A stretch of 64,000 nucleotides of DNA from Stegostoma tigrinum (taxonomy: Eukaryota): NCBI RefSeq assembly GCF_030684315.1, contig NC_081376.1, positions 33,819,608 through 33,883,607 of the forward strand, written 5' to 3'. The position numbers and the translations under genes are program-made. Positions within the stretch are counted from its first letter, which is position 1, and each line of letters opens with the position of its first letter. The notes beneath the pieces are model-generated. The model worked only from the letters and a program-made list of their open reading frames with translations, was not told the DNA's origin and ran no database searches. Shown piece after piece: positions 33,901 through 44,560 of this stretch.

Positions 33901-36900
33901 CATTTCCAATGGTGATCTTCTGGTTGGAGGACAGAGTGACCTTGCCCCAACCCCATCCTAAACACCTTGCTTCCTGCGAAAGGGATTCATGCTTGAATTG
34001 TGTTAGTGATTTTTAAATTTCAACCAAATTTTGCCTCTTGGGTAAATTAGAGGCAAGTTGAATTCAAAAGCACAATGTGGAGGAAGTTGGACATTGTGCA
34101 CTTTTAATGTTTGAAGATTCCATCCACCTTTTTTTCTGTAGTTAGTTGTTCCACAATTCTCCTGTGCAGCTGATTTTGCCAAGACTTTGACTTGAGCCTT
34201 GGGTATGGGAGGTATTTTAATAGTTCATGGGTATAGCTGGCTATATTGCCATCCCCAATGGCCTTTGAACTGAGTGGATGGTTAGGAGGGTCGTTAAGAG
34301 TCGGGCGTATTGCTGTGAATCTCATGTACACCAGACTGGGGAGGAATGATAAGTTTCTCTCCCTAAAGGAGATTCGTAAACTGGATGATTTTTTAAAAAA
34401 TCAATCTGCAGTGGTTAATTTTCATTATCGAGTCATAAAGCAAGGAACCAAACCTTTTGGTCCACGCTGACCATATCTCCAAACTAAACTCATCCCACCT
34501 GCCTGTGTTTGGCTCATGTCCCTCTAAACCTTTCCTGTTCACGTGCCTATCCAAATGTCTTTTGAAGATTGTAACTGTACATGCCTCCACCACTATCTCC
34601 AGCAGTTTGTATCTCACACTAACCACTCTCCTGTGTTTTTAAAAAAAGTCGCCCTCATGTTCTTTTCAAATGTTTAATCTCTTATTAAACTCGCTTTTTT
34701 AATTCAACTTTTTAAAAAAAATTCAAATGCCATGATGGAATTCTGGTCCATTTAAACCTATGTCCCTGAAACAATTAGTCTGGGATTCAGGATTACTCAT
34801 CCAGTGACATTACCACTACCCAACTGCCATTCCTTTGATACATATGCTGTGAGGAAGATCTCAAATTTCTACTGGCGAAAGCAGGAGTAGTGCCATTTCA
34901 CAATCGAGAGTTGCAACGTTAGAAGGAATGTTTACAACAAATGGGGGAAGGAAAGGTGATCAACAAAATCTGCCGAGTATTCACTTTTATAGCATTTTAA
35001 GAATTGTTGAGGCTTAAGAAGTGTAATGTTAAAGAGGCTTGGCTTTGCAGGAGGAGCTGTCTTGGAGGATGGTGATGGGATGGATCTTGTTCAGGTGTAC
35101 AATCCTAAAATGGACTCCTGGTTTGAGGTGGCTCCAATGCAGATTCCACGTTCTGGTTCTGCTGCCTGTGTCCTCCAGGGAAAGATTTATGTTATTGGTA
35201 AGTGAGAGTGACATACCTGCCTAGTACCTTTTACAACCCAAAATACATTCTCTCCATTGAACTACGTTTGAACTCTCTCGAAGTTTCGATTACTTGCCAT
35301 GCCTGTGCGTGCTGTTATACGTTAGTCCCCATCCAACAATGCCTCAATTTAAAATAAATGTTTTCCAATCCCAATATTGCTTTGGCTTTCCCAAACTCTA
35401 GTTTCCTGTGCACCTCCCCCCACCACTTTCCCCAATTTTGCCGCCTCCTATGAACCCCTGACCTATCATTGCTCCACAATTGATGGCTGATGACATTCAT
35501 ATGCCAAAGCCCCCTGCCTTGGAATTCTCACCTCAACCCCTCCTTCATGCTTGAGGCTTAACACCTGCCTCCTCACCAAGTTTAGACCACGTGTTCTAAT
35601 CCAACGTGATGATGCCCTTGTGACAGGTTGAGATAGTAAGGACATTAGGGGTAGGCCATTTGGCCTGTTCATCATGCTCCACAGTCCAATTGAACCCTAA
35701 CTGCTCTGATTGTAGCATGTTCATTTTCCTGTCTTTGTTTTGTATGTTCAAGGGATATTGCAGTTGCTGGCTAGGCCAACATATTTTTTGCCCATCTGTA
35801 GTTGAGTGTGTTATGTATCTCTCTTCCTAGGTGGCTGGCATGCCTCAACGGAGAACACTGACAAGGTGGAGCAGTACGACCCTGAGACCAATACATGGAA
35901 GATGTGTGCCCCCATGAATGAGAGACGCTATCGACCAGGGGTGGCTGTGATTGACAGCAAAATCTATGTGCTAGGAGGAGAGGAAGGTTGGGATCGGTAG
36001 GTATAAGCAGCTCCATGATTCAATTAGATTGCCCGCATCTTACGGCTGCCTAGATTCGTATAACCTTCCCCAACAATCAGTCTCAGTTTTGTGACAATTT
36101 CAGATCAACAGATTAATGAGAGAAGACAATTCCAGATTTAAGGCCACGAAACATAGCAGCACAAATTAGGCCATTCAGCCCATCAAGTCTGCTCCACCAT
36201 TCAATCATGCCTGATAAGTTTCTCAACCTCATTCTCCCGCTTTCTCCCTGTAACCCTTGATCTCCTTGACAATCAAGAATCTGTCTGTCTCTGTCTTTAA
36301 TATACTGAATGATCCGGCCTCCACAGCCTTCTGTGGCAGTGAATTCCATAGATTCACCACTTGCTGGATGAAGAAGTTTCTCCTTTATCCCCGTTCCCTT
36401 TACTCTAAGGCTGTGCCCTCAGGTTCTAGTCTGTCCTACCAATGGAAACATCTTCCAAACATCCACTCTGTCCAGACCATTTAATATTCTAAGTTTCAAC
36501 TAGATTTTCACCTCTCTCTCCCCAATGCCCCCCACCCCACCGTTCATCCTTCTGAGGTGCATCGAGTTTACCGTAACTTTTTTGCCTTTCTTACAAACAT
36601 TTTGTATCTCTTGGTGTATCTTGCGCCCCAGCTCCTGACTATTGTTTGGAGGCCTGTACACAACCCCAAATAATGTTTTTTTTTAACCTCTGCAGTTCCT
36701 CGACTCTACCCACACAGATTCCACACTATCTGACCCTACTTCGTTTCTTACATCTTACTAATAAGGCAACCCCACGCCTCTGCCCACTTCCTATGTCTTC
36801 GATAAGATGTATGTCCTTGGATATTCAGCTCCGAATCCTGATTCCCTTGCAGCCATGTCTCCGTGATGCTCACCGTGTCGTATCTGCCAATTTTGATCTG

Positions 36901-39074
36901 TACTACAAGCTCATTTACCTTCCTTCTTTATACTGCATGCATTCAGATATAACACCTTCAGTCCTGTATTAAGCGTCCCTCCTCTCATTGTCACTTGTTT
37001 ATCCAGTGTGCTTGAAGTTTGGTTCCTAACCCTTTTCAAACACACTGTCCTATTTGTGTCTGTGCTGGAGACTTTAAAAACCTCTCCTGAGTTCCCCTTT
37101 CCCACCGTTTATTTTCATTTTTTTGTACACAGTGGAATCTACCTCCACAGATGTTAGCCTGTGGCTTTGTTCCCTACTTTGTTACCCTTCCCTTCCCCAT
37201 CGCTTTCTAATTTAGTCGTGTTGACCAGCCTATTTACCCTTTCCACTAGAACATTGGTCCCAGCTCAGTTCAGGTGAAGACCGCCCCAGTGGTATAGATC
37301 CCTCCTGTTCCAATACTGTGTATAGTACCTTTTGTATACTTAAGAAGTCCAGCTTTTTGTGCCTAGCAAAATTGAAGTGGAATCATTTGAAGATGTCACG
37401 ACAATGAGTAAATAACCTCAAACAGTTAATGTGTTTGAGATGACTTTTTCTTGAATGTCTGTACTTTGATTCATTTATACAGAAATAAATTGTGTATTTG
37501 CGATGGGCAATGAATATTTGCAGCCTCCACCTAAGTACCGTTGTCAAGAGGTTTGTGAGGCTAATTGTTTTTATGCTTTAGTGCCAAACAACAATTCAAT
37601 TACGGAAACATTTCTGATCAATATAGATTACTATTTGAAAAACGAGATTTTTAGAAGGAACATTTACTCTCCTTCATGCTAATGGATGAAATCAGATTTG
37701 AAGCCTATAATTTTCAAAAAATTGTTTAATGTTAGACAGAGATCCCAGCCATCCTAAAATGGGAGGAAAGGTGCTGCCTTTCCTATTGCCCTTTTGAGAG
37801 GAACAGAGAGGGAGGCTATTGTGCATGTGCTTTCTCTTTGGAAGTTACCTAACAAGTCCTAATCTTCAGTTGTTTTCCCTAATTCCAGCAAAGCTTTTTT
37901 TCCTCCCTTTTCTTATTTGGTTTAAAATGATTTCTGTTACAACTTGAGTTGTTGCACACCCTTTTAGTGTGAAACCAATTGGAGAAATCAGAGAGATGGG
38001 GAGATTTCTGCCAGTGGTTCATCCATCTATTAGACACAGCTCCTGTGGTGAAAGCATCCTTTATATTTCAAGCTTTTGAAGGTTGTATTTTGTTCACGTA
38101 ATCCTTTAGCAAACTTATTCCTGAAGCACATTCTTGTACTTGATTTTGCATTTTCTGGCTTGTTTACATTGGCAAAAGTTTTTTTGTGTATTAGAAGAGA
38201 ATTTAGAAAAAGGCAGATTTTCAAGTTTGTTCTTGTTAATTAGTTCAGTTCCAATATTCCACTGCATAAGAGTCACAAACTTTGTTCCCCCCGCATAGCT
38301 GTCAAGTGGTGTTGCTTTTTAGGAAACAAAATTTGTTTAAAGACTTGACTTAATAGATGTGAACTCTACATTTATTGGTTGGGTCACAATCTACACATAG
38401 CAGCAATATTTGTTACATATAAAGTGACATTGGAAATTTGGAAAGCCATAGGACTGAATCACCGAAGAAGGGTGAAGGTCTAGCTGTACTTCATAACCTA
38501 TCTGTAGAGTCGTGATAGCGTGGGAGGCCATGTGGCTTGGAGTTCCTGTACATTTCTGAAGAGCAATCCAGTCAGACCCATTCCCAGATCTGTCCCCGTG
38601 GCCCTGCAGTTCTCTTTTTTTTCCCTTGAGTCTCTGATTTAGTTTGTTTTCAACTTTCACTGAACAAATAAACTAAATAGTATTACAAAAAAAAACAAAA
38701 CGGGAATGTCAGCTTTATTTTGAAGATGTGCTGTAGTCTCTCTCCTCAATTCACTGTGCAACTTGATTTATAGCAACTGTGATCACAGGTAGACTGTAAT
38801 ACACACTTTTCCATCATGTTTCTAATTAGCTGCAGAATTCTTTTTAAAGGTCCCATTTTCAATTCAGGTCTGTGTGCAAGTTTTGTACAAAATCCTGTGA
38901 TTCTCTACCCTCCTCCCCATTGTTTGCAGATACCATGACACCATTGAGCAGTACAGTGAAGAAACTGGCAAATGGGAAATATATGGAGAAATGCTCACAA
39001 GTCGCAGTTGGTTAAGTTGTGTGTCTGTGAAGATGCATGGCCCGGCCACACAGTTGATCAAGAACATTGTATGA
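18267..39074 (+). CDS. Kelch-like (BTB-BACK-6xKelch) putative CUL3 substrate adaptor, 593 aa, complete
   Basis: join(18267-18950,20871-21057,26972-27118,30374-30502,32951-33127,35051-35197,35831-35996,38930-39074)=1782 nt, open, all GT-AG; BTB (FCDVILCCDGQEFPCHRIVLAS), BACK (NCVGIHCFAEAHSC...EEMVFEAV..W...HIRLPL), six GG...Y/F-D/N-P...W kelch blades. Confidence 0.93.
20871..21057 (+). CDS. KLHL-like coding exon 2
   Basis: ttcag|ILEHIRLPLISPYYIHDIVES...RTRPRRST|gtgggt. Confidence 0.92.
23165..23815 (+). mobile_element. CR1 LINE 3' fragment
   Basis: ..KSNGILAFISKGLEYKSRETLL.. then 3' tail (atcagccatgatctcattgaat). Confidence 0.8.
24562..24601 (-). ncRNA. Minimal hammerhead ribozyme motif
   Basis: TCA-CTGATGA-TGTTACCtagaatGGTGAC-GAAAC-GTC-TGA (stem I TCA/TGA, stem II GTTACC/GGTGAC). 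Confidence 0.78.
25559..25598 (+). ncRNA. Minimal hammerhead ribozyme motif (sense to KLHL-like pre-mRNA)
   Basis: TCA-CTGATGA-TGTTACCtagcatGGTGAC-GAAAC-GTC-TGA. Confidence 0.8.
26500..26910 (+). mobile_element. Deu-SINE (SacSINE1/AmnSINE-like) copy
   Basis: tRNA-like head, gtcccatggcacta..gagag..cctggtgtcctgg.cca core, cagattatctg..caaatt.gctgc..tgactattcttcaaaa..gaaaggtgcta tail. Confidence 0.65.
26972..27118 (+). CDS. KLHL-like coding exon 3 (kelch 1)
   Basis: ccag|GTTEVIIAVGGEDDKVVLRSVESFDP...GLVAS|gtatag. Confidence 0.92.
30374..30502 (+). CDS. KLHL-like coding exon 4 (kelch 2)
   Basis: gtag|GSTLYLAGGEFPDG...WRYDPCFDMW...ARSEL|gtaaat. Confidence 0.92.
31399..31620. mobile_element. Palindromic Penelope-derived fold-back element
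   Basis: 14-bp TSD TGTTTCAGTGAAGT (31385-31398, 31621-31634); inverted arms meeting at two broken hammerhead cores. Confidence 0.85.
32951..33127 (+). CDS. KLHL-like coding exon 5 (kelch 3)
   Basis: gcag|GLAMLDGFVFAVGGWEG...ECYNPHTNTW...LLYVA|gtaata. Confidence 0.93.
33217..33798 (-). mobile_element. Solo LTR (582 bp)
   Basis: TGT...ACA termini with 4-bp TSD CACC (33213-33216, 33799-33802); minus-strand AATAAA near 33381. Confidence 0.6.
34435..34680 (-). mobile_element. CR1/HER1-type 3' tail
   Basis: Minus ORF ...EIVVEACTVTIFKRHLDRHVNRKGLEGH. Confidence 0.75.
35051..35197 (+). CDS. KLHL-like coding exon 6 (kelch 4)
   Basis: gcag|GGAVLEDGDGMDLVQVYNPKMDSWFEVAPMQIPRS...KIYVI|gtaagt. Confidence 0.92.
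35831..35996 (+). CDS. KLHL-like coding exon 7 (kelch 5)
   Basis: ctag|GGWHASTENTDKVEQYDPETNTW...IYVLGGEEGWDR|gtaggt. Confidence 0.93.
36145..37320 (-). mobile_element. Internally deleted CR1 LINE (ORF1 esterase end, APE start, 3' tail)
   Basis: Minus: ..RRDLYHWGGLHLN*AGTNVL (SGNH-type ORF1) near 37250-37310; GLKVLYLNACSI (APE N-terminus) near 36930-36970; 3' tail 36145-36500. Confidence 0.7.
38930..39074 (+). CDS. KLHL-like last coding exon (kelch 6, stop)
   Basis: gcag|A TAC CAT...; YHDTIEQYSEETGKWEIYGEMLTSRSWLSCVSVKMHGPATQLIKNIV-TGA. Confidence 0.9.
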
Positions 39075-40391
39075 GCAAATGTGAATGTTTTCCATCTTGT
39101 ACACTCTGGATATGTGCCATTGTCAGCAATCTTGCGTGAAGGTTGTCACCTGCAATTTTCAGAATGTTCAAAGGAACTGTTCTTGCAGGACTCCTAGTTC
39201 TATTAGTGTAAACTTAGAGAAGCATGTTGAGACTAATTTTTAACGCTGTAGCCCAGGTAGTAACCTGATGCAGAGACACCGATTCCTTTAGGAAACCCAT
39301 TGAGATTTTGAGACAACAGTTTCAATGGGATGAAAGCTGGGTGGGTTGATTTTAACAAGGACAATGGGAACTGGTTTGTTTCTCAGAATTATTGCCCAGG
39401 TGGTAATTTGACTGTTTCTCCTGTTTATTTTAACCAAATCAACCTCTGAATTAATTCCTTAATTTTGACTGTCTTAAGAAGAGCTAACAATAGCTTCATG
39501 ACAGTGGTGCTAACTCTAATTGAGTCTGACTCTGCAAACATCTTTTTAATTAAGCAGGTTTTTCATTTTGGTGCAGAAAGGGCCATTTGTTCCAATTGTT
39601 TATTTCTCACATCTCAGCTAATGGCATCTGGTCCTGCTGATTATCCTCTGTATCGAGACTTTTGTTCCAATCTATCTACCCTGTTCTTTACCAAATTCAA
39701 ACCCCAAAAGAAACTGTGATTAAGGCTTCAGCAAATTCATTAACTACTTTGAAGGACTTTATAATATGGATGGTAATTTGTTCAATGATTTGGACTTCTG
39801 TAGTATCTAGAGAAGAGTTGTATTTTCATGCTCAAAACATTCAGAATGAGCATGCTTATTCCTTCCTACACAGAGCTTGATCCTTGTGCCCTGCAAGTAG
39901 CAATAAAATACAGAACATGATACTGCATCCATGCTCCACTTGCTACAAGTTTATAAGTTGGTGTTTAAAATCTCACCACTTGTTCAAAAAGGAATTTTTA
40001 AAGTTGTTCTCACTTCAGGAGAGGCTTCACGCGGAAGCAAATTCAAAAGTTTTGTTGATCTCAACTTAACAAAAGGTTTCAATACAGTGCTGAAGACAAC
40101 CAATCTGTCCAATGGTCTTAAGATATGTGTCACTATGCATTGCAAGATGTGTGCAGTAAGTATCACTGCAAATATTGAGGATTAAAATTTGACTAAATTT
40201 AACCTTCCAAAAGCTTCAGGTATTGTGGTACTTGATGCTGTGCTTAAAGACAGTAATCATAAATGATGCAATAAAGGTATTGTAGCTATATCAGTATAAC
40301 CCTATGGGTTTTTAAAAAATTGCTCATGGACAAATGCTTTTGTACCTCAGTACATAACTCCTGCTGTAAAAACTTAATGCAAATAATGTGT

Positions 40392-40410
40392 AATAAAATT
40401 TTGTATTAAA
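40392..40410 (+). terminator. Candidate polyadenylation signals of the KLHL-like gene
   Basis: AATAAA 40392-40397 and ATTAAA 40405-40410 (further AATAAA at 39902, 40270) just before repeat DNA resumes. Confidence 0.45.
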
Positions 40411-41074
40411 ACATTCATTGACATAATATTGAACATCCACAGTATCAATCATTTGCCACTGCCCGTAAGGCACTTAGTGATGTCTGCAACTCCAAAAGCA
40501 TTTAAATGTGACACTATCCAGGACAAGGTAACCTGTGCTTCTCTTCAACTTTTTCCCCCAGGGTAGAGGAGTCTAAATCCAGTTAGTGTAGGTTTAAGGT
40601 GAGGTGGAAGATGATTTTAAAAAGGGACAAGAGCCTACTTTTCCTTTAGTGGTGATATGTACAATAACACTTAATAGACATCTGGATAGGTACATGAATA
40701 GGTGATAGGGCCCAGTGCTGGCAAATAGGACTAGATTAGTACAGGATATCTGGTTGGTATGGATCACACTAGTTCCAGGCTGTACATCTGACTCAAGTTA
40801 GGGATAGCCAATAAATAATCCACTACCCTGGAAGAAACAACTCATTACAACTTGTCTGCATAGTCAAAAGCTGGTACAAGTGCTTGTGCTAAATAGTTGA
40901 AAGGCAGGGTAAGAAAAGCTTACTAATGAAAAGACAAATTTACCTTTTATTGATTACAGACTAATCCACCTCCACTACCATCTAAAGTGGAAGTGAGTAC
41001 TGTTTCAGATGCTAGACTGGCAGAGTAAGAATTTTCAGAGGTATACACCTTAGGCAGTGTTCAGCCAAAGCACT

Positions 41075-41080
41075 TTTATT
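41075..41080 (-). terminator. Candidate SNU13 polyadenylation signal
   Basis: Minus-strand AATAAA ~145 nt after the stop; a second at 40946-40951. Confidence 0.55.
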
Positions 41081-41225
41081 AAAGAAATTAAAGTAGATTA
41101 CAAATGCACTCTTTGAACAATCCTACCATGATGTTCAAAAGCATCTTAGAAAAATTAGAATGTACATAACTGATGGTTTGAAGCTATTTCCTGTTCCACA
41201 ATATTCCACTGACTGTCACACCAAT

Positions 41226-41488
41226 TCAAACTAGTAAGCGTTCAACCGCCTGTTGAACAGACTGAATCTGTGGTTTCAGCTGAGAGCCTTCCTTTATGGT
41301 GACAGAGGATGCAATGACTGGTCGACATACACCACACGCACGGCCCAAAGCCTGTTTAGACCTTACAAAAACGTAAGGTACATTTTTATCTTCGCAGAGA
41401 AGAGGTAAATGAAGGATAATCTCCAACGGTTCAGCATCTGCAGCCATCACGATGAACTCGGCAATTCCTCTGTTCAAGGTCTTGGTGG
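41226..41488 (-). CDS. SNU13: SNU13 exon 3
   Basis: ttgcag|CCACCAAG...GTTTGA; ATKTLNRG...ERLLV*. Confidence 0.97.
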
Positions 41489-44332
41489 CTGCAAAGACAG
41501 ACATTTCTATTAAATCAATTTTTGGCTTAGAGGTGATGAGAAAGACAAGGGAAGCACTCCACCCTTTCCTCTGCAGAAAAAAATGGTTGAGTTTTAAAAA
41601 AACTGATATTCACCCCTAACCCTAGTGAAATTGTATACCTCTACGTAAAGAGCTGATGAAAAACCAATCACAAGTGATCTAACTGCTTCAAAATGTACTG
41701 TACTTGGGAACATAAATAAAGTACCTTCATTAGCTCCCTTTCGAAGTTGTTTGTAGTTCCCTGCTTGCTGCACAAGATCTAGAATTGTCTTTGTTAGCTG
41801 GGCATCCGCAAGAGGATAGGCTTTAGGGTTAACGTCTTGCTCAGTCTACAATGAGAAAATAAGAAATTACAGTTGTATTTGTTAGAGGTAAAAGATATGT
41901 ATACTCAGACCTTATTGTTCATGATGATATACAAAAGATTAAATGAGAATGTGGAGGGATAATAAATATTTCTGTGGATGACAAAATGCTATAGGATGAA
42001 TATTATTAAATTGGAGAGGGTGTAGAAAAGATTTACAAGGATGCTACCAGGACTGCAGGGTTTGAGTTATAAACGGCTTAGCTACACTGGAATTTTTTTT
42101 CCCACTGGAGCATAGGAAATTGAGAGTTTATATAAAAATTTAGAGGGGCAGAGAAAAGTTGAATAGCAAGTCTTTTTCCTCAGATACAGGAGTTTGAAAC
42201 TATTTTTAAGGCGAGAAGGCAAAGATTTTAAAAGGGACCAGAGGGGCAACTTTTTCCACACAGAGGATGGTTCGTGTGTGAATGAACTACCAGAGGAACT
42301 GGTAGATGCAAGTACAGTTCCAACATTTAAAAGATATTTGGATAAGTACATGAATAGTTAAGGTTTAGAGGGACATGGGTCGAATGCAACCAGATTAATT
42401 TAGAATATCTAGTCGGCACAGACGAGTTGGACCAAAGGGTTTGTCTCCATGCTGTGTGGCTCCAGTTGAAGATTGGTCAGATGGACTGATGGAAATTAAT
42501 TGTGAAATGAGAGAGAAATAATGCACTTTGGAAGTAGTAACAAGACAAAGGAGTCCTCAATGACAAGCAGGACACTAAGAAGCTATTAGTAACAGATCCC
42601 CGATGGTGACAGTTAAGGCAGCATTCAAGACACTTGCTTTTATCTGTTACAGAGCTGTACAAAAGTTTTAGTTAGACCACCGCTGGAGGACTGTGTGTAG
42701 TTCTGACCACCACACTATAGGAAGCATATGACTGCACTGGAAATGGTACAAGGACATTGCCTGGGAAATGAACATTTCAGCTAATAAGAGGCTTGATAAG
42801 GTTGGCATACTCTTTGGAGCAAACAGGGCTGAGGAGTGATCTGACTGATGTGCATAAAAGATTGAGGGCATGAGCAAGGTAGATAGAAAGCAGTCATTCC
42901 ACTTAGTTTAAGAGTCAATAACAAGGGGACATTGGGCCCTTATGGTGCAGTGGTAGCATATCTCCAGGCCAGGAGCCTGTGTTGAAGTCCAATCTGCTCC
43001 AAAGTGTTTAATGACAACTATGAACAGACTGATTAGAAAATATCTAACAAGGGGTCATAATTTTAAGGCGACAAGTAGGTGGTTTAGAAGGGATTTTAGG
43101 AAGGAAAATTCACCCAGACACTAGACACAGGAAATAGTTTGACCTTTACAAAAGTACTTGTATAAGTTTTTAATGTCATAACATTCAAGGCCATGGAAAA
43201 ACTGCTGGAAAGTGGGACTTGTCAATTTTAGTAGCTTAGTCAATGCAGACTCCAAGGGCCTCTTTTGTGCTGCATGATTCAATGACAAAGTATATTAAAC
43301 ACTTTATAAAAGGGACATGCAGTTGTATCGTATAATACAAAGTCAATCCAGAGGGTTGCAAGGTCAGTAATTAATTATATGAAGGGTGGCATCATAGAAG
43401 AATGGTTACACAGGCATTCGATCAGCCTGCTGTATCCACACCAGCTCCCTACAAGGGAAACATTGCCAGTTCCACTCCTTGACCTTTTCCCATAGCCCTA
43501 TAATTTTCTACCTTAAAGTAACATTTAGGAAAATATTATTTAATTGGAGACAGATCAGAGGAAGCTCACTGTCATCACCAGCACGGAGGGATTGTGTATT
43601 GCGCAAAAGTTGAACAGGTTGGGTCTCTATTCACTGGAGTTAGAAGACCGAGAGGTGATCTCGTTGAAACGTACAATTCTTTAGCTGCTGAGAGAACGTT
43701 TTCCCTGAAGAACCAGAGGGCACAGTCTCAGAATTAAAGGGCATCATTTTAAGACTAAAGTGGAGGAAGAATTTCTAAGGATTGAGCATCTTTTCTTTAT
43801 GATCTATAATTATTCGAGTCTCTTTTGAAACACACAACTGAATCTGCCTCCAGGCAGTGCATCACTAAAAACACGCGGCGATTTTTTAAACAACGTGGCC
43901 CGAAATAATGTTCCGTGATATATATGTGTTTAAAGTAAACTTGGAAATAACACTCGAGACGATATAAACCCAGCGGCTACTGGCAAGAAACTGGAAAGTG
44001 AGGTTGGTTTGGTGCTCTCCGGGCCGGCACAGACAGCCAGGGTCGGCCGGTTGGTTATCCACGGGTGTCGCACATGTAAACCCCCGCCGCGTTGTCAACA
44101 GGGCCCGAGGAGGTCAGCCACCTCCCCCCGCGAGGTTTAGGAAAATAAGGAGCAGGAGGTGGCCGCAGGGTCTGCGGAAGCCGTGGTTTCCAATGGGACT
44201 GGGTCCGGACAGGAGGCGCTCCATCCTGTGGCCACTCCGGGGCAGATGGGACCCGGAACCTGCGGCCTCCACACGCAGGATGAGCGGGCGGCTGGCTAAC
44301 CGGCCTGCCTCCTTCGCTCACTTACTTACCAT
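41226..44332 (-). CDS. SNU13: SNU13 / NHP2-like 1 (15.5K; U4 and box C/D K-turn-binding L7Ae protein), 128 aa, complete
   Basis: join(44330-44332,41725-41845,41226-41488)=387 nt; [95 protein letters not shown]...ERLLV. Confidence 0.97.
41725..41845 (-). CDS. SNU13: SNU13 exon 2 (121 nt)
   Basis: tgtag|ACTGAG...AATGAAG|gtactt; [14 protein letters not shown]...RKGANE. Confidence 0.96.
41990..43290 (+). mobile_element. Cluster of CR1 3' fragments in SNU13 intron 1
   Basis: aaaagatttacaaggatgctaccaggac...; ttagaccac.gctggag.actgtgt..ttctg; two tails. Confidence 0.7.
42929..43044 (+). mobile_element. Short tRNA-derived SINE nested in CR1
   Basis: A-box TGGTGCAGTGG; TSD TAACAAGGGG (42919-42928, 43045-43054). 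Confidence 0.65.
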
Positions 44333-44560
44333 CTCCCGCTCTCTATACAATCCGAGTTCGTAACCAACTTCTCGCTGTCCCCTCAGCTGCCGCTTCACGG
44401 AGGACCGACCCGAACACAGAGCACCGCGCGCACACCGCTTTCACTGTGACCGGCGAGACGGCCGTCACCAAAGCGACAAATTCCGGGCAAGAGCAGACCC
44501 ACCTGCTTACATCGTCAAGTGCAAGTTCACAGCGCCATCTCCGCCGGGCTGTATCAATTA
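43870..44560 (-). promoter_or_regulatory. SNU13 CpG island / promoter
   Basis: High GC/CpG; YY1-like GCGCCATCT (44532-44540), NRF1-like GCGCGCA (~44426). Confidence 0.7.
44330..44332 (-). CDS. SNU13: SNU13 exon 1 coding part (ATG only)
   Basis: gagATG|gtaagt perfect donor inside a CpG island; gives the expected 128-aa protein. Confidence 0.88.

Noticed and set aside
39072-39200. TGA stop of the KLHL-like gene followed by ~40 open codons (read-through or selenocysteine?)
   Set aside because: Context TGA-G is not a read-through motif, no SECIS was recognised, and the propeller is complete before the stop.
41533-41606. Box C (GTGATGA) ... box D (CTGA) pair resembling a C/D snoRNA in SNU13 intron 2
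   Set aside because: It is on the plus strand, antisense to SNU13 and beyond the KLHL-like polyA signals; no terminal stem in the K-turn register; the flanking stem's G-U pair favours the minus strand.
44330-44332. First exon contributing only ATG
   Set aside because: Matches the known vertebrate SNU13 structure; not novel.
43998-44363. 121-aa ORF and overlapping ORFs in the SNU13 CpG island
   Set aside because: GC-rich sequence is poor in stops; no recognisable domain.
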